The position numbers and the translations under genes were made by a program. A stretch of 64,000 nucleotides of DNA from Vicugna vicugna (lineage: Eukaryota): positions 6,835,779 through 6,899,778 of the forward strand of contig MU058198.1 of the NCBI GenBank assembly GCA_013265495.1. The letters run 5' to 3'. This document shows, in pieces, positions 31,801-43,726 of this stretch (position 1 is its first letter; each line of letters begins with the position of its first letter). Under the pieces are notes generated by a model, which saw only the letters and a list, made by a program, of their open reading frames with translations, had not been told where the DNA came from and did no database searches.

Positions 31801-34427
31801 TCCACCAACTCTTGTTCACTTTGCGATCACCATTTTCTTTCCTAACTGATCCATCCTCTGTCCTCACTGCCACTACTCTAGTTCAATCCCACCTCACTTC
31901 TGACCAGAATAATTCCAAGATCTTCTAACAAGTCTCCCTAACTCCATCTCCTCTGTGGGGAAAGCCTCCCTGAGAATGAAACTGACAGGCAAACACCCAA
32001 GTGGGAATGAGGAGTGGGGGGGGGGATGGGGGAAAGGAAGGGAAAGGCAGGGAAGGGGTGGGAAGGGAGAAGAGGAGAGGAGAGGAAAGAAGAAAGATTG
32101 ATTTGATGACCTTGTTGAGCCCCTCAATCTCATTGTGCATGAAGCCAGGTACATCCCAGGCTTTCCCAGTTGCAGGGTCAAGGTGAAATAAACAGCCCAC
32201 TGGCTAGATTTGGGGGCCTGGTTTGACTGATCTGAAAAGCAGAACTGATATGCACATAAAGCAAGGACATTCATCAAAGAAGGCCCACATTGATTTATTC
32301 CAACCCTGCTGCATTTTCAGAGAGCCACACCCACCACTGCTCCACTTCCATTTTGGAATTGACAAACCAAGCTCACCACCCATGACCTCGAGCGAGAATT
32401 TCATCCCAAAGCCTTGTCTGCCCCAGGGAGGGTCTCTCCAAGGGATACAAATCCCCCCTGTAGCCTCCCTTGTGAGCTCTGCAACAGACTCTTGGAATAT
32501 TAATACCAGAAGGGGTCCCAGTCCAACGCCCTCTTTTTATGGGTAATGAAACCAAGACCCAGAGACCACAATTAATTAGACAGAGTCTGAACAAAATCTT
32601 GAGTAGGAATTCCCCCAATACAGTGATACCAAGTTTGAGGCAAGATCCCTGTCTCTTTTTCACACCCGACTGCAGCTTAAGATACACAAAAAAATAGACA
32701 CCAAATCTTTAGGTGTTTTCAAAGATCCATAAGGTATCCTGCTTCCTTCCTTAGGGTAAATAAAACCAAACAGGGGAAAGAGAAGAGGGTGAACTAGGTC
32801 TTGAGTAAAATATATTTTTTCACTTCATGTGTGGCTATTTCTGAACCCATTTCCTTTCATCTATGTCCATATTTTACCCTCATATTTACACAGCATCAGA
32901 GCATCTAATTCAAACTATATACAAGGAGTTTGTCTTTATGAGCCAGGTCTTTTTGGGTTGAAAGTTATAGAAACCCAGCTTAAATCAATGTAACCCAAAA
33001 AAAGGAATTTAGGGGTTCACACAAATTGCTCCAATTGCTCTAATGATGTTCTCAAGACTATGAGGATTCTCTTTCTCCTTTCTTATGTATTTAGTTGTCA
33101 GGCAGGTTCTCTTCCTTAATAGCAAAGATGACCACCAGAGCTCCAGGCTTATAATCTAGCAAATGCGTAACCCCAGGAAAAAGAGAAATTCTCTTTCCCA
33201 GCAAAAGTCATGAACTGACTCTCTTGGACCAACTTGGGTCACTTGCCCATCCTTGAACCAATCCCTGTGGCCAGAGGGATGGAATAGACTTGAGTGGCCA
33301 AGCCTCAGTAAGGTACTCACTCCTCAAGCCAAGAGGGTGAAGTCAACCATGTCCAAACCACTGAGACAGAGAAGAGGGGCTGAGACCAACCACTTAAAAC
33401 AGAATGAATATGTCGAGAGGAGGGCACTACAGCTCCCCAAAGTAAAAGCAGGGCAGAAGAAAGACTAGTGATTGGCAGGCAAAGACACAGACTAAACTGT
33501 CCAATTTAGGCAACTCTTCTCACTGAATCACCTCTGTTTCTGATGATACAGGAGTCTTATAGCACATATATATATTAGGGTAATAAGATTCTAGATGATA
33601 GTTACCAAGGTTGTTTTTATATTCTTCTCTGCGTCACAGAAAAGAATGCAAGCCATTTTCCATTGCCACCAGGCAATATATAGACTAATTACAGGTAAGG
33701 GACCATTTAATTTGAAGAAGCTGAGGGCCTAAGAGTGGAATACCCTTTAGAATCACCCAGTCAGGTCGTGGCAGAGTCCAGCATCCAAGTTGATTACTTT
33801 TCTCATTACTTTCCAGATGTTTCTGATGGTGCAGGAGATACCTGTTGTTTCTGCCTGATCGTCATCTGTTCTGTGCTCTAGTAATAGGAACTGGAATTTC
33901 TTTTGGAAGTCTGTAGTGACATGATGGTTGCCTGTCTGACCTCCGTTGCACTTCAAATGACCAGTCTACATCAATCATGGAAACCCTATTCCCTGTGCCA
34001 GTAACTGGTTCAGTAACAGACATTTGTCTCAAACTGGACAATGAGACCCAAAGTCATTAGCGGATGCTTCATGCAAAGATTTCCTTGCTCATAAAAAAAG
34101 ATACACTGGTAATTACTTCCTTCTAAAACTTGTGATTACCTGATGCTTTTATTAGAGCCACTCTACTGGATGCAAAACAGAATCTCATTGTTCTTTTTAT
34201 TTGTATTTCCCTGATGACTAATGATTTGGAGTATCTTTCCATGGGCTCATTGGCCATTTGTGTATTTTCTTTGGAGGAATGTTGATTCATATTCTTTGTC
34301 TACTTTCATTTGGGTTGACTTTTTAATACTGCATTGTAAGAGTTTTTTATATATTTTGGATATAATTTCTATGTAAGATGTATGACTTGCAAATATTTTC
34401 TCTTATTCTGTGAGTTGTTTTTCACTT

Positions 34428-34557
34428 ACTTTTTTGGGGAGGAGGGGGTGGTCAAACCATTTTATTAAGGAGATTCGGTGGAGGGTCGAAGGGCTGGGAG
34501 GACAATTAGATCTGACGCCCTCGTCCAGCTGAGATCTCTCTAGCTTCACACTTGCTC
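34428..34557 (-). pseudogene. Short processed retrocopy of an unidentified polyadenylated RNA 3' end
   Basis: Minus strand has AATAAA followed by an A-tail. 11-bp TSD GTTTTTCACTT (34417-34427, 34558-34568). Inserted into an old L1 fragment. Confidence 0.7.
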
Positions 34558-34724
34558 GTTTTTCACTTTCTTAATGGTAGTTTTTATCTTTCTAGGACTT
34601 TGTCCATTCCATCTAAGATACCTAATTTATTGGCATACAATTGTTCATTGTATTCCTTCATAATCCTTTTTATTTATGTGGTTAGTGGTAATATCCCCAA
34701 GATATCTAACAAGAAATTGGACCT

Positions 34725-34796
34725 TCCCTGCTGGCCTAGTGGTTAGGATTCAGTGCTCTCACTGCCATGGCCTGGGTTCAATTTCCGGTTAGGGAA
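34725..34796 (+). pseudogene. tRNA-Glu(CTC) retropseudogene
   Basis: 72 nt TCCCTGCTGGCCTAGTGGTTAGGATTCAGTGCTCTCACTGCC...GGTTAGGGAA, colinear with mammalian tRNA-Glu-CTC. About 11 mismatches, mostly CpG decay. Flanked by direct repeats CAAGATATCT (34698-34707, 34797-34806). Confidence 0.85.
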
Positions 34797-34811
34797 CAAG
34801 ATATCTCTTTT

Positions 34812-34950
34812 GGGGGGTAGGGTGTAGCTCAAGTGGTAGAGCACATGCTTAGCATGCACAAGGTTCTGGGTTCAATCCCTGGCATCTCCTCCAAAAATAA
34901 ATAAGTAAACTTCATTACCTCCCCCTAACAAAAACAACAACAACAACAAC
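34812..34950 (+). mobile_element. tRNA-derived SINE (camelid-type)
   Basis: A-box TAGCTCAAGTGG, B-box GGTTCAATCC, tail AAATAAATAAGTAAAC...ATTACCTCCCCC followed by (CAA)n. Confidence 0.8.
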
Positions 34951-34963
34951 AAAATTGGCTTTA

Positions 34964-35308
34964 GGGGAAGTGCCAAGATGCTGGAGAAGAGAGACTCACA
35001 GCTTGGCCTCTCCCACGAATGCATCAAGAATTACATCTACAAACCCACTGAATCACACACAACACCTACTAAACTCTGGCAGAGTGTCTCTCACTTCAAA
35101 ATACAGGAGGATTCTCACAAAATCTGATAAACAACAGCACAGGGAACTATATTCAATATCTTGTAGTAATTTATGGTGAAAAAGAATATGAAAACGAATA
35201 TATACATATGTTTATGTACGACTGAAGCATTATGCTGTGCACCAGAAATTGACACAACACTGTAAACTGACTATACTTTCATTAAAAAAAAAATATATAT
35301 ATATATAG
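34964..35308 (+). mobile_element. Mini-L1: L1 5'-terminus-like segment fused to an L1 3' terminus
   Basis: GGGGAAGTGCCAAGATG... L1 5'UTR-like start joined at about 35127 to the ATAAACAAC...GGGAACTATATTC L1 3' end with A/AT tail. TSD AAATTGGCTTTA / AAATTGACTTTA. Confidence 0.65.
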
Positions 35309-35717
35309 AAATTGACTTTAATTAAATGGAGACTGAAATAAATCACTTGAACCTAAAATAACTATTTTGGGGTCAGGTACTACATTTTAAATCTTTTTCA
35401 TTTTGCTGACAAGAAAAGCTGTCTGTAAAAACAGAATCCAGAAATTAACTAATCAGGTTAAGCAAAAACTTTATATGTGGCCTGTCCAGAAAAGACAAAT
35501 CCATAGAGACAAAAATTGGATTAGTGTTTGCTAGGGACATGGGGTCTGGGCAGGGGATGGGGATTGACTGCTAATGAGTATGTGGTTTTTTCTTAGGGTG
35601 ATGAAAATGTTCTGGAATTACTTACAACAGAGGCACAACTGTGTGAGTATACTAAGGACCAAAACAACTGAATCGTCTACTTTAAAAGGTAAACTTTATA
35701 TAATTATATATGCATTT

Positions 35718-36009
35718 CTTTCTTTATTGAAGTATAATTGATTTACTATGTTGTGTTAGTTTCTGGTGTACAGCATAATGATTCGTGTATATATGTATAT
35801 ATGTATATATATATATATATATGTATTGTTATACATATATATATTCTTTTTCACATTCTTTTTCCTTATAGATTATTACAAGCTACTGAATACAGTTCCC
35901 TGTGCTATACAGTAGGAACTTGTTGTTTATTTTATTTTTGTGTGTGTATTTATTTTATATATAGTAGCTTGTATCTGCTAATCCAAAACTCCTAATTTAT
36001 CCCTCCCCT
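35718..36009 (-). mobile_element. L1 3' fragment (reverse) nested in an older L1M 3' end
   Basis: TTTATTGAAGTATAATTGATTTAC...CCTAATTTATCCCTCCCC is the reverse complement of the L1 tail. Confidence 0.8.
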
Positions 36010-37427
36010 TATATTATGTTTCAATAAAGCTGTTTTTTAAAGACAGATATCATGTGTCCTCACTGTGATCCTAATTTTAAGGAATTAAATGCTGTATTTT
36101 TCTACTATTCAATGAAAAGAGATAAGGGCTCTCTTGCTGTCAATTTATTTTATTACCCTTCTAAAATACAAATTTTTAACAAGAATTATAAAATATATTT
36201 TAATAATTGTTAGAAATTATCAATCATGGTTAGTATAGGAGTCTAATAATATTTCATTAATTTTACTACTTAATCATTTCAGATGAACCTGATTTACAAT
36301 TAAATTTGTGAAATTTCCCATTCAGAATTTCTCTGTTGTTCCTTTAAACTGTAAAAAGCTGCTACAGCTTTTAGTTTTGAGACAGTCAACACAGTTTTCT
36401 ATCTTCCTTCTGCAGAAGTTAAAAAAACAAGCTTAAATTAAAACAACAATACCTGTGGCAGTTTCTAGGCCTAAATATATCTTGGAACTCTGTTAATATT
36501 TCACAACTACTGCATTGCAATATTTTGTACTGGCTGTGCCCACATTCCTAAAGTTGCTTTTCTCTTGATGCTTCTGTTTCAAAGACTCAACGAAGAAAAC
36601 AGAGTATGTTCTGAGTCTGGCCTCGACCCTCTAATCCGACCTGGATGTGGTGCTAACATCTGCTAACCTCCCCCTCAAGGTCAGGATGATGACTGAAGAA
36701 ACATGAGAAGGGGGGTGCCTTGGCATCCATCTGAGTGTGAAGGGTCTTCCACCAAACATCCAGCTGGTACTCCTGCTCCCTGGCATTTGAAGCATCTCTT
36801 TTACTGTGCAGCCACAAGACAGTAAAAAACTATTTTCTAAATGTTTTCATAATTAAGAATCTTAATCTCAAAAGTAACACATGCTCATTGTACATTAAAC
36901 CCTGAAAGATACAGAAAGAAAAGTTAATCGTTTCACCACTAACCCTCCACACCCACTGCCCTGAGGTAACGAATGGCAACAACTTGATGTGTGTTCCTGC
37001 ACACCCGGTAAAGACTACCCTAAATGTGGGTATTTCCCAGAGAGCCAAAGACCGTCCTGGGTTACATAAGTATCCAAAGAAAGGTGAGTCTAGAAAGGAG
37101 GATAAAAGGAACAACCAAAGGACCGCAAACAGGGCTGAGAAATCCTTTTTGGGGATGATGGCAATGTTGTAAAACCAGACTGCGGTAATGGTTGCACAAC
37201 TCTACACATTTACTAGAACTCATTAAATTGTGCACATAACATGTAAATTATATCTCAATAAAGCTGGGGTGGGTTTGTTTTTGTTTTGGGGTTTTCTTTG
37301 GTTGTCATGTTTTTTGGTTTTGGTTTTGGTCTTTAAGCAGCCAGGAAGACAGGAGAAAAACCAGGGGCTGGGGGCACAGCCTGGGTGTGAACGGAGCCCC
37401 GTGCCCTTTGGCAGCTATCTAGACACC

Positions 37428-38039
37428 GATGGCAGGCAGAGCGACGCCCCTTCGAGGATGTCCACACCTAAACCTGGGAGCTTGTGATACGTCCCCTGAC
37501 ACAGATAAAAGGACTTTGCAGGTGTAATCAAGTTTACAGATCTTAAAATAGGGAGATTAGCCTGGATTATTCTGGTGAGTCCAATCTAATCATGTGATTT
37601 TTTTAAAAGCAGAGAACTTTCTCCAGCTGGAATCAAGAGAGGTGTGGCCGAAGGAGAAGTGGGAGGTCAGCCACACCGCTGCCGGCTCTGGGATGGCGGG
37701 TCTCTAACAAGCACAGGAGCCAGGCCTCTAGGAGCTGAGAATGCCCGCCCCCAACCTCACCCAAAGCATCAAGGACATGGGGACCTCAGTCCTACCTACG
37801 ACCGACCGCAAGGAACCAGACTCTGCCAACAACCTGAATAAGTGGATTCTTCACAGCACCTCCCAGTCGGAGTCCAGCCAGCCAACACCTTGACTTTGGC
37901 CCAGTCAATCCCAGAGCAAGAAACTAGTTGGGCCAACCTGGACTAATGAACTACAGAACTGTGAGACCATAGATGTGACTTATCTGCAGTCTCTAAGTTT
38001 TGCAGTAATTCATTAGGGTAGCAATAGAAAACTAATACA
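37428..38039 (+). mobile_element. MaLR (MLT1-type) solo LTR
   Basis: MLT1-like AAAAGGACTTTGCAGGTGTAATCAAG...GGGAGATTAGCCTGGATTAT and terminal GCAATAGAAAACTAATACA. Confidence 0.75.
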
Positions 38040-38328
38040 ATACCTAAATTATAAATCTGATGTCAGACTCCACTTCAAACCTTTTAGTGACTTTTTATTG
38101 CCTAAAACCAGAGTCTCAACTCCCTCCATGACCTGACCCCTAACTCACTCATTAGCTGGAGGCTATTCACTCACCTGCATAAACTGTTCTCTCTCTCTCA
38201 CCTCCCTTCCTCGCCCTAGTATGCCTTTCTCATGCTTTTGGACTACACTCAGGCATCACCTACCCAGGAAGACTCTCCAGTCTATGTTCCATAGCACCTG
38301 CTGGATAATTCCTTCATTATATTATGGT

Positions 38329-38376
38329 ATAATAATAATAAAATAATAATAATAATAATAAAATAATAATAATAAT
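38329..38376. repeat. Interrupted (AAT)n microsatellite
   Basis: ATAATAATAATAAAATAATAAT... run. Confidence 0.85.
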
Positions 38377-39758
38377 ACAGCATATAATTACACTTATAAT
38401 ATTACAATGAACCATTTATATGCACATCTCCCCATTTGGCAGTAAATTCCTTCAGGGGAAGGGTCAAATCTGATTCATCTTTGCCTCCCCAGTGCCCTCT
38501 ACACAGTAGATGCTCCATAAATATTACTGACATGTCCCGTTTGAAAGAAAAAGTTTTGGTAATTAATAAAGAAGCTCATGAATCTATAAGTAGGTTAGAT
38601 CCTGAAGGGCTGTTCACATGTCCGTGTATTTGTAAGAAAGTAAGAGGGAGTCAGGCTGTGTTTCCTAGGTTATTTCCATGAAACAGAACTGTGTATCAGT
38701 CCTCAATCTCTAGAAAAAGCTCCTCTCCTCCTTACATGTAATATTTTACAGACACTACTGTTGACAGCTGTGATTGAAGGAAACCTCCTCCCTCAACATC
38801 CCAGTGCCAGTGGGAAATCCTCGCCACTACCCATGTCCACACTTGCCACCTGCTTACTCACTGGGATGTTGACCCTGTCAGAAGGGCCTTGACATATGAA
38901 ACTGCCAAAGTCAGGTTCTAAAGTTTCCACACAGTACCTTCACCAAGCTTAGCCTATAAGTTTTCCTAACCAGCATCAAGCTGACCAGCATTGGAGGCAT
39001 TTGCCAATCACTTTTCCTCTTCTCTTGCTGATTAATGTCAATAACACATTTTTGCAGGTTGCATTATGGGGTTTTTGTCCTTCAGAATGGATTTCTCTTG
39101 GGGAAAAAAAATTCATCCCATATATGCATGACCATTCACCATTTTTTTATGACTTACAATTATTTTTTGCTTCTATCACACTTTCTAACTAGGACTCCAC
39201 ACTGATGAAGCATGGCGCAGGGTTAAGCATGTTTGTAAAATACCTCAAAACCTCAAAGCACAAGCCCAGGAAACACACCAAAGATTACGGAATAATACCA
39301 ATGCTGAGTAATGCTAAAACGATCGCACACAAACACTAATTCCATCTGTTGGTTCGAGCAGAGTTGGAACATGCTTTTTCTTGGGGACAGCTTGGCTTTT
39401 CCTATAAAGGTTGATAAGGTGAACAAGTAGAGAAAATTTTGTGTTCTGACTTGAAATTAAAATTGTGTTATAATATTGTAGTGCCTATATTTAGAGACAA
39501 ATGTTCGAAATGTTTACCGTTAATTTCCACAGACTGTTGAGAATGGTGAACTCTGAACTGACAAGTATTGACTTTTCTACACTTCCTCTCACTGGTCTCC
39601 TCCTTTCATAAACAAGTACCTGATAAGTTCTGTCTCAAATCTATCACGTAACCTAAAAGTGGCTGCATGTGTTGGTAAATGAGTTTCATATTCATGTCTC
39701 CAACACGACTGAGCCCTTGATGACATTTTTCTTTTCCTTAAAATCCACTTCAGATGCT

Positions 39759-40195
39759 TTTGGGCTGTACCACACAGGCCTATGAGCCTGGTACTTGCCC
39801 ATCCTTGAGGCTGAAGAAAGATCTCAGAGTTAGCAACAGAGACATCAGTGGTTTGATGGATGGGGGATCTTACATGTCTGAAGCAAGGTCCTGGAGCGAC
39901 ACCCCACCAGTGTGTGCCAACGTGGGAAGGATGTGTCACTGGAGGGGCAGAGGGAGGTTACCACTTCTAGGGGCAATTGGGGAATTGACGTCATTGCTTA
40001 CTAGGGAAACCAGTAGAAGGGCACACTTCTCACCGCCCCTTTAACAAGCACAGTGGAGAGTTCTGATCTAAAGCTAGAACAATTACTAGCTGAGGCAAGT
40101 ACATAAGAAGGTCAGTCATGTGAGTAGGGTGTAGGTGAAGCAGGCACGGGTCCAGCAGGGTCTGTACAGCGAGCAGAGAACAGCCATCTTGAGTG
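39759..40195. mobile_element. LTR-like insertion flanked by GATGCT direct repeats
   Basis: GATGCT at 39753-39758 and 40196-40201. Composition shifts relative to the flanks. Family not identified. Confidence 0.5.
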
Positions 40196-43109
40196 GATGC
40201 TCAAACATCAGGTACGATGCTGACATCCTGAACCTCCACTCTTTCATCTGTCCTGTAACTGGTGCAATCAAATGACATCACTAACACCAACCGGGGACCT
40301 TATCAGGAAATAGTACAAATTATCACATTTTATCTATGTTTATAAATGTCTTCACCAACACTGAAATGTGCAAATGTTTTCTTGCAACACTCTGAAGCTG
40401 AGTAACATGAATAAAATGCTCTCTTCTAGCAGAAAAATCCAGTCTTCTCATCCTAGCCCTCAGTGTTTGTTCATAACCAGCCCCTCATATTCCCCTGCAC
40501 CCAATTCTTATTCTTGACCTCTTCATTTCAGGCAAATTCATTGTCTCCCTTTTGATGTTTCTCACCTACCAAAACCCAGCCCATATCCCTGAAGTCCCAA
40601 TTTTTCCAAGAGGCTATTCCTCTTGTGAATTTCTATTAGGAATCAGACAATTTGTCATAAACAAATTGGATGCCTGCATCTCAGACTTCAAGAAAAGGTT
40701 TACTTAAAAAAAAAACTGGAACTTTTCAGATTAAAGACTCCAGGTTAAGCATGTGCATTTACCTCTGATACTGCCAGAACCATAATAAAATATGACAGAT
40801 TTTTTCAACTGCCAAAAACCCACAAGAACAATGAGAATAGGAGAGGAGGCCACAGGAACACAGGTTTTAAAGCCAGGTAATAGATGGGCACGTGGTAACT
40901 GATTTACTGAAACCGAGAAAGCAGACTCTCGAGCTGGCAGTGGAAAAAGTGAGAAAGTCAACAGATTTTCTTTGCAGAAGCCACAAAAGACACAGAAATT
41001 GGCACCTTCAGGTAGGAAATTGGAAGAGCCTCTGTAGGGAAGCTGGCCAAACCAAGAAGAAAGACCTAAAGACATTGACACCACGAGCTCCCTGGTGGGT
41101 CAGCCAACAGTGAAGGCCACAGGGTGAGCCTACCCACTAGTGCAGGGCTTTCAGACAGCTTTGTAATAGTCCCACACATAACTATGAGCAGACACCCAAG
41201 ATTCACCAGACATTTGAGGAAAGCATCCAATATATAAAAGACAGAGGTCAGATGCATGAATGAATAAACAAAATGTGATACACACACAAATCATGGAATA
41301 TAATTCTGCCTGAAAAAGGAAAGACATTCTGATACATCCTACAACATGGATGAACCTTGAGGACATTATGCTGAGTGAAATAATTCAGTCACAGAGAGAC
41401 AAATACTACGTGCTTCCACTCATATGAGGTACCTAGAATAGTCAAATTCACAGAGACTGAAAGTAGAGGGGCAGTTGCTAGGGGCTGGGGAGAATGGAGA
41501 GCTGTTATTTCATGGTTACGGAGTTTCAGTCTGGGAAGATGAAAAGAGTTCTGGAGATGGGATGCCCAATAATGTGAATGTACTTAACACCACCGCACTG
41601 GATGCTCAGAAATGGTTAAGATGGTAAATTTTATGTTATGTGCAGTTCATTCTTATAAAATCCCAAACAGGCAGAACTAAACTGATTCCTTAGAGATTTA
41701 CACAGGGGAGGAAAAACTATAAAGGCAAGAAGATGGTCACCACAACCGTCACAATGGTCATTACAGCTCCGGGGGAGGGACCAGCTTGGGATTGGAATTG
41801 GGCTTCTGGGGATGCTGTCAATCTTTTATTCCTTGACCTAGGAGATATGTTTTTAAAATAACACATTTCTGCAATAAAGATAAAAAAGTACTTAGGGAAT
41901 GAATTGATGGGGCCCAACACAGTGATAGACACAGATCTGGACTAAGAATTTTCGAACACTGGGGCCAGGGAAGATCCCCACAGGTTTTCTAACAATCCTG
42001 AACCAGAAGGGAGCTGTATTTCTCAGTGCTGACAATAGAAGCCAGAAGACAGAATTGTGCATTCAAAATACTGAGGACAAATAATTCCCAATCTTGAATT
42101 CTCTGCCCAAGCTATTGAGTATGAAAGTAAAATAAAGATATTTTTAGATATACAAAGTCTCAAAAATGCACCCTTACTTGTCAAGGTACTAGAGAAGGTA
42201 CCCCCCAAAGCAAGGGATAAAGTAAGAAGGAGAAAGACATGAAATCCAGGAAACTAGGAATCCAACTCAAGGGAAACATGGAGAACCAACCACTCCAGAT
42301 GGAAGCACGTCAGAAGGCTACAGAGATGGGTCTTTGAGAAAACAAAATCAGTAGAAAATCCACTATGTTTGAATGTAACGAGATTTTTACACCTCAAGTC
42401 AGGGTTTAGGATTGAACTGTTGTTACATATACCGAGCTAACGACAACAACAAAACCAGGACACAATTATTAACTCAGTTGGGAAGAGAGGAGAGCAAAAA
42501 GTGCAGGAAAAAAAGTCATAGTGACTACATGGTTCAGTTGTGGATAGCATTTACATCATTACAGTGATATAAACTCCAAAATTGTGTGTGATAGGGTAAC
42601 ATGGGGGAAATGAAGGCAGGAAGTGTATGAAGGACAAAAGAATTAAAGCTTCAAATTCCAAAATGATAATAGATAACACCTAAAACCAAAAAAAATCAAG
42701 AAGTAGCTATATGAGCATGCTATTTAGATATACGGAGAATACAAAAGAACCAGCTAAGGGGGTTGAATGTAGTGCTGCTGGGGAAAAGGAAATGAATGAC
42801 AGGGGAACCCATTTCTCACAATAAGCCTCACAGAATTCCTAAACATGTGCATATGTAACTTTAGAAAATAAAAAAAAAACAAATCTTACTGAGATGGAAG
42901 AGAATTTTTCCACTTTCTATATGTCTGCATTTTTATAAGCAGCATATATTTACTTCTTATGCAAAGATGTTTTAATGGATCAAAAGAAGGAACTGGTTGA
43001 AAATAAGTATTTCCAGTCACTGGTTTGGCAACTTTAAAGCCAGGGACATATACTTCACCTTTATAAATAATTATTTATAAAGCTGAAGCAGTTTTAAAAC
43101 ATGGCCATA

Positions 43110-43726
43110 AATTCTTTTTCTTTAATGGCTTAAAGCAATATCCATTTTACTGAACTTACAATTCTGTGGGTTGGCTGAAGAGTTCTTCTGAGCCATAAAC
43201 TCTTTGACATGTCTCCCATCAAGAGGTGCGGGTCCATGTCCCCTCCTCTTAATCAGGGCTGGCTGTAACTGCTTCAATAAAGTGTGGAGGCAGTGATTCC
43301 AGGTGACTTCTAAGAGTGGGTCGTTAAAGGCCATGCAGTTTTCACCTTGCTCACTGGAACCCTCTTTCCGGGAGTCTGGAACTCCCAGGTAAGAAGTCCA
43401 GTGACCCTGCCACAACCATACTGGTAAAGACACCCAGAGGCACTTAGCTTGAGCCTGTCCTTCTGCCATCCCAGTCCAGGTCACAGTCACATGACTGAAG
43501 AAGACTTCTTGGAAGTGGATACCCTAGTCCCAGCTGTTCCAACCAAAGCCATGAGAGCCACTCTCAGCTGGTCGGGTCATCTGAGCTGAAACTTAGACAT
43601 CATGGAACAGAGTATAGCTTTTCCTGATGTGCCTTTTCCAAATTTCTGACCCAAAGAATCAGTGAGCATTAAAATACGTGTTTTATACCACTCATTATTA
43701 GGATGGTTTGTTACACAGTAATAGAC
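43110..43726 (+). mobile_element. MaLR (MLT1-type) LTR remnant
   Basis: GGCCATAAATTCTTT...AGGCCATGCAGTTTTCACCTTG...GTTTGTTACACAGTAATAGACA. Confidence 0.6.

Noticed and set aside
32734..32742. + strand GTATCCTGC, U12-like donor
   Set aside because: Imperfect consensus with no supporting + strand exon or branch site.
34725..34796. Functional tRNA-Glu gene
   Set aside because: CpG-decay substitutions affect stem positions, and the flanking TSD indicates retroposition.
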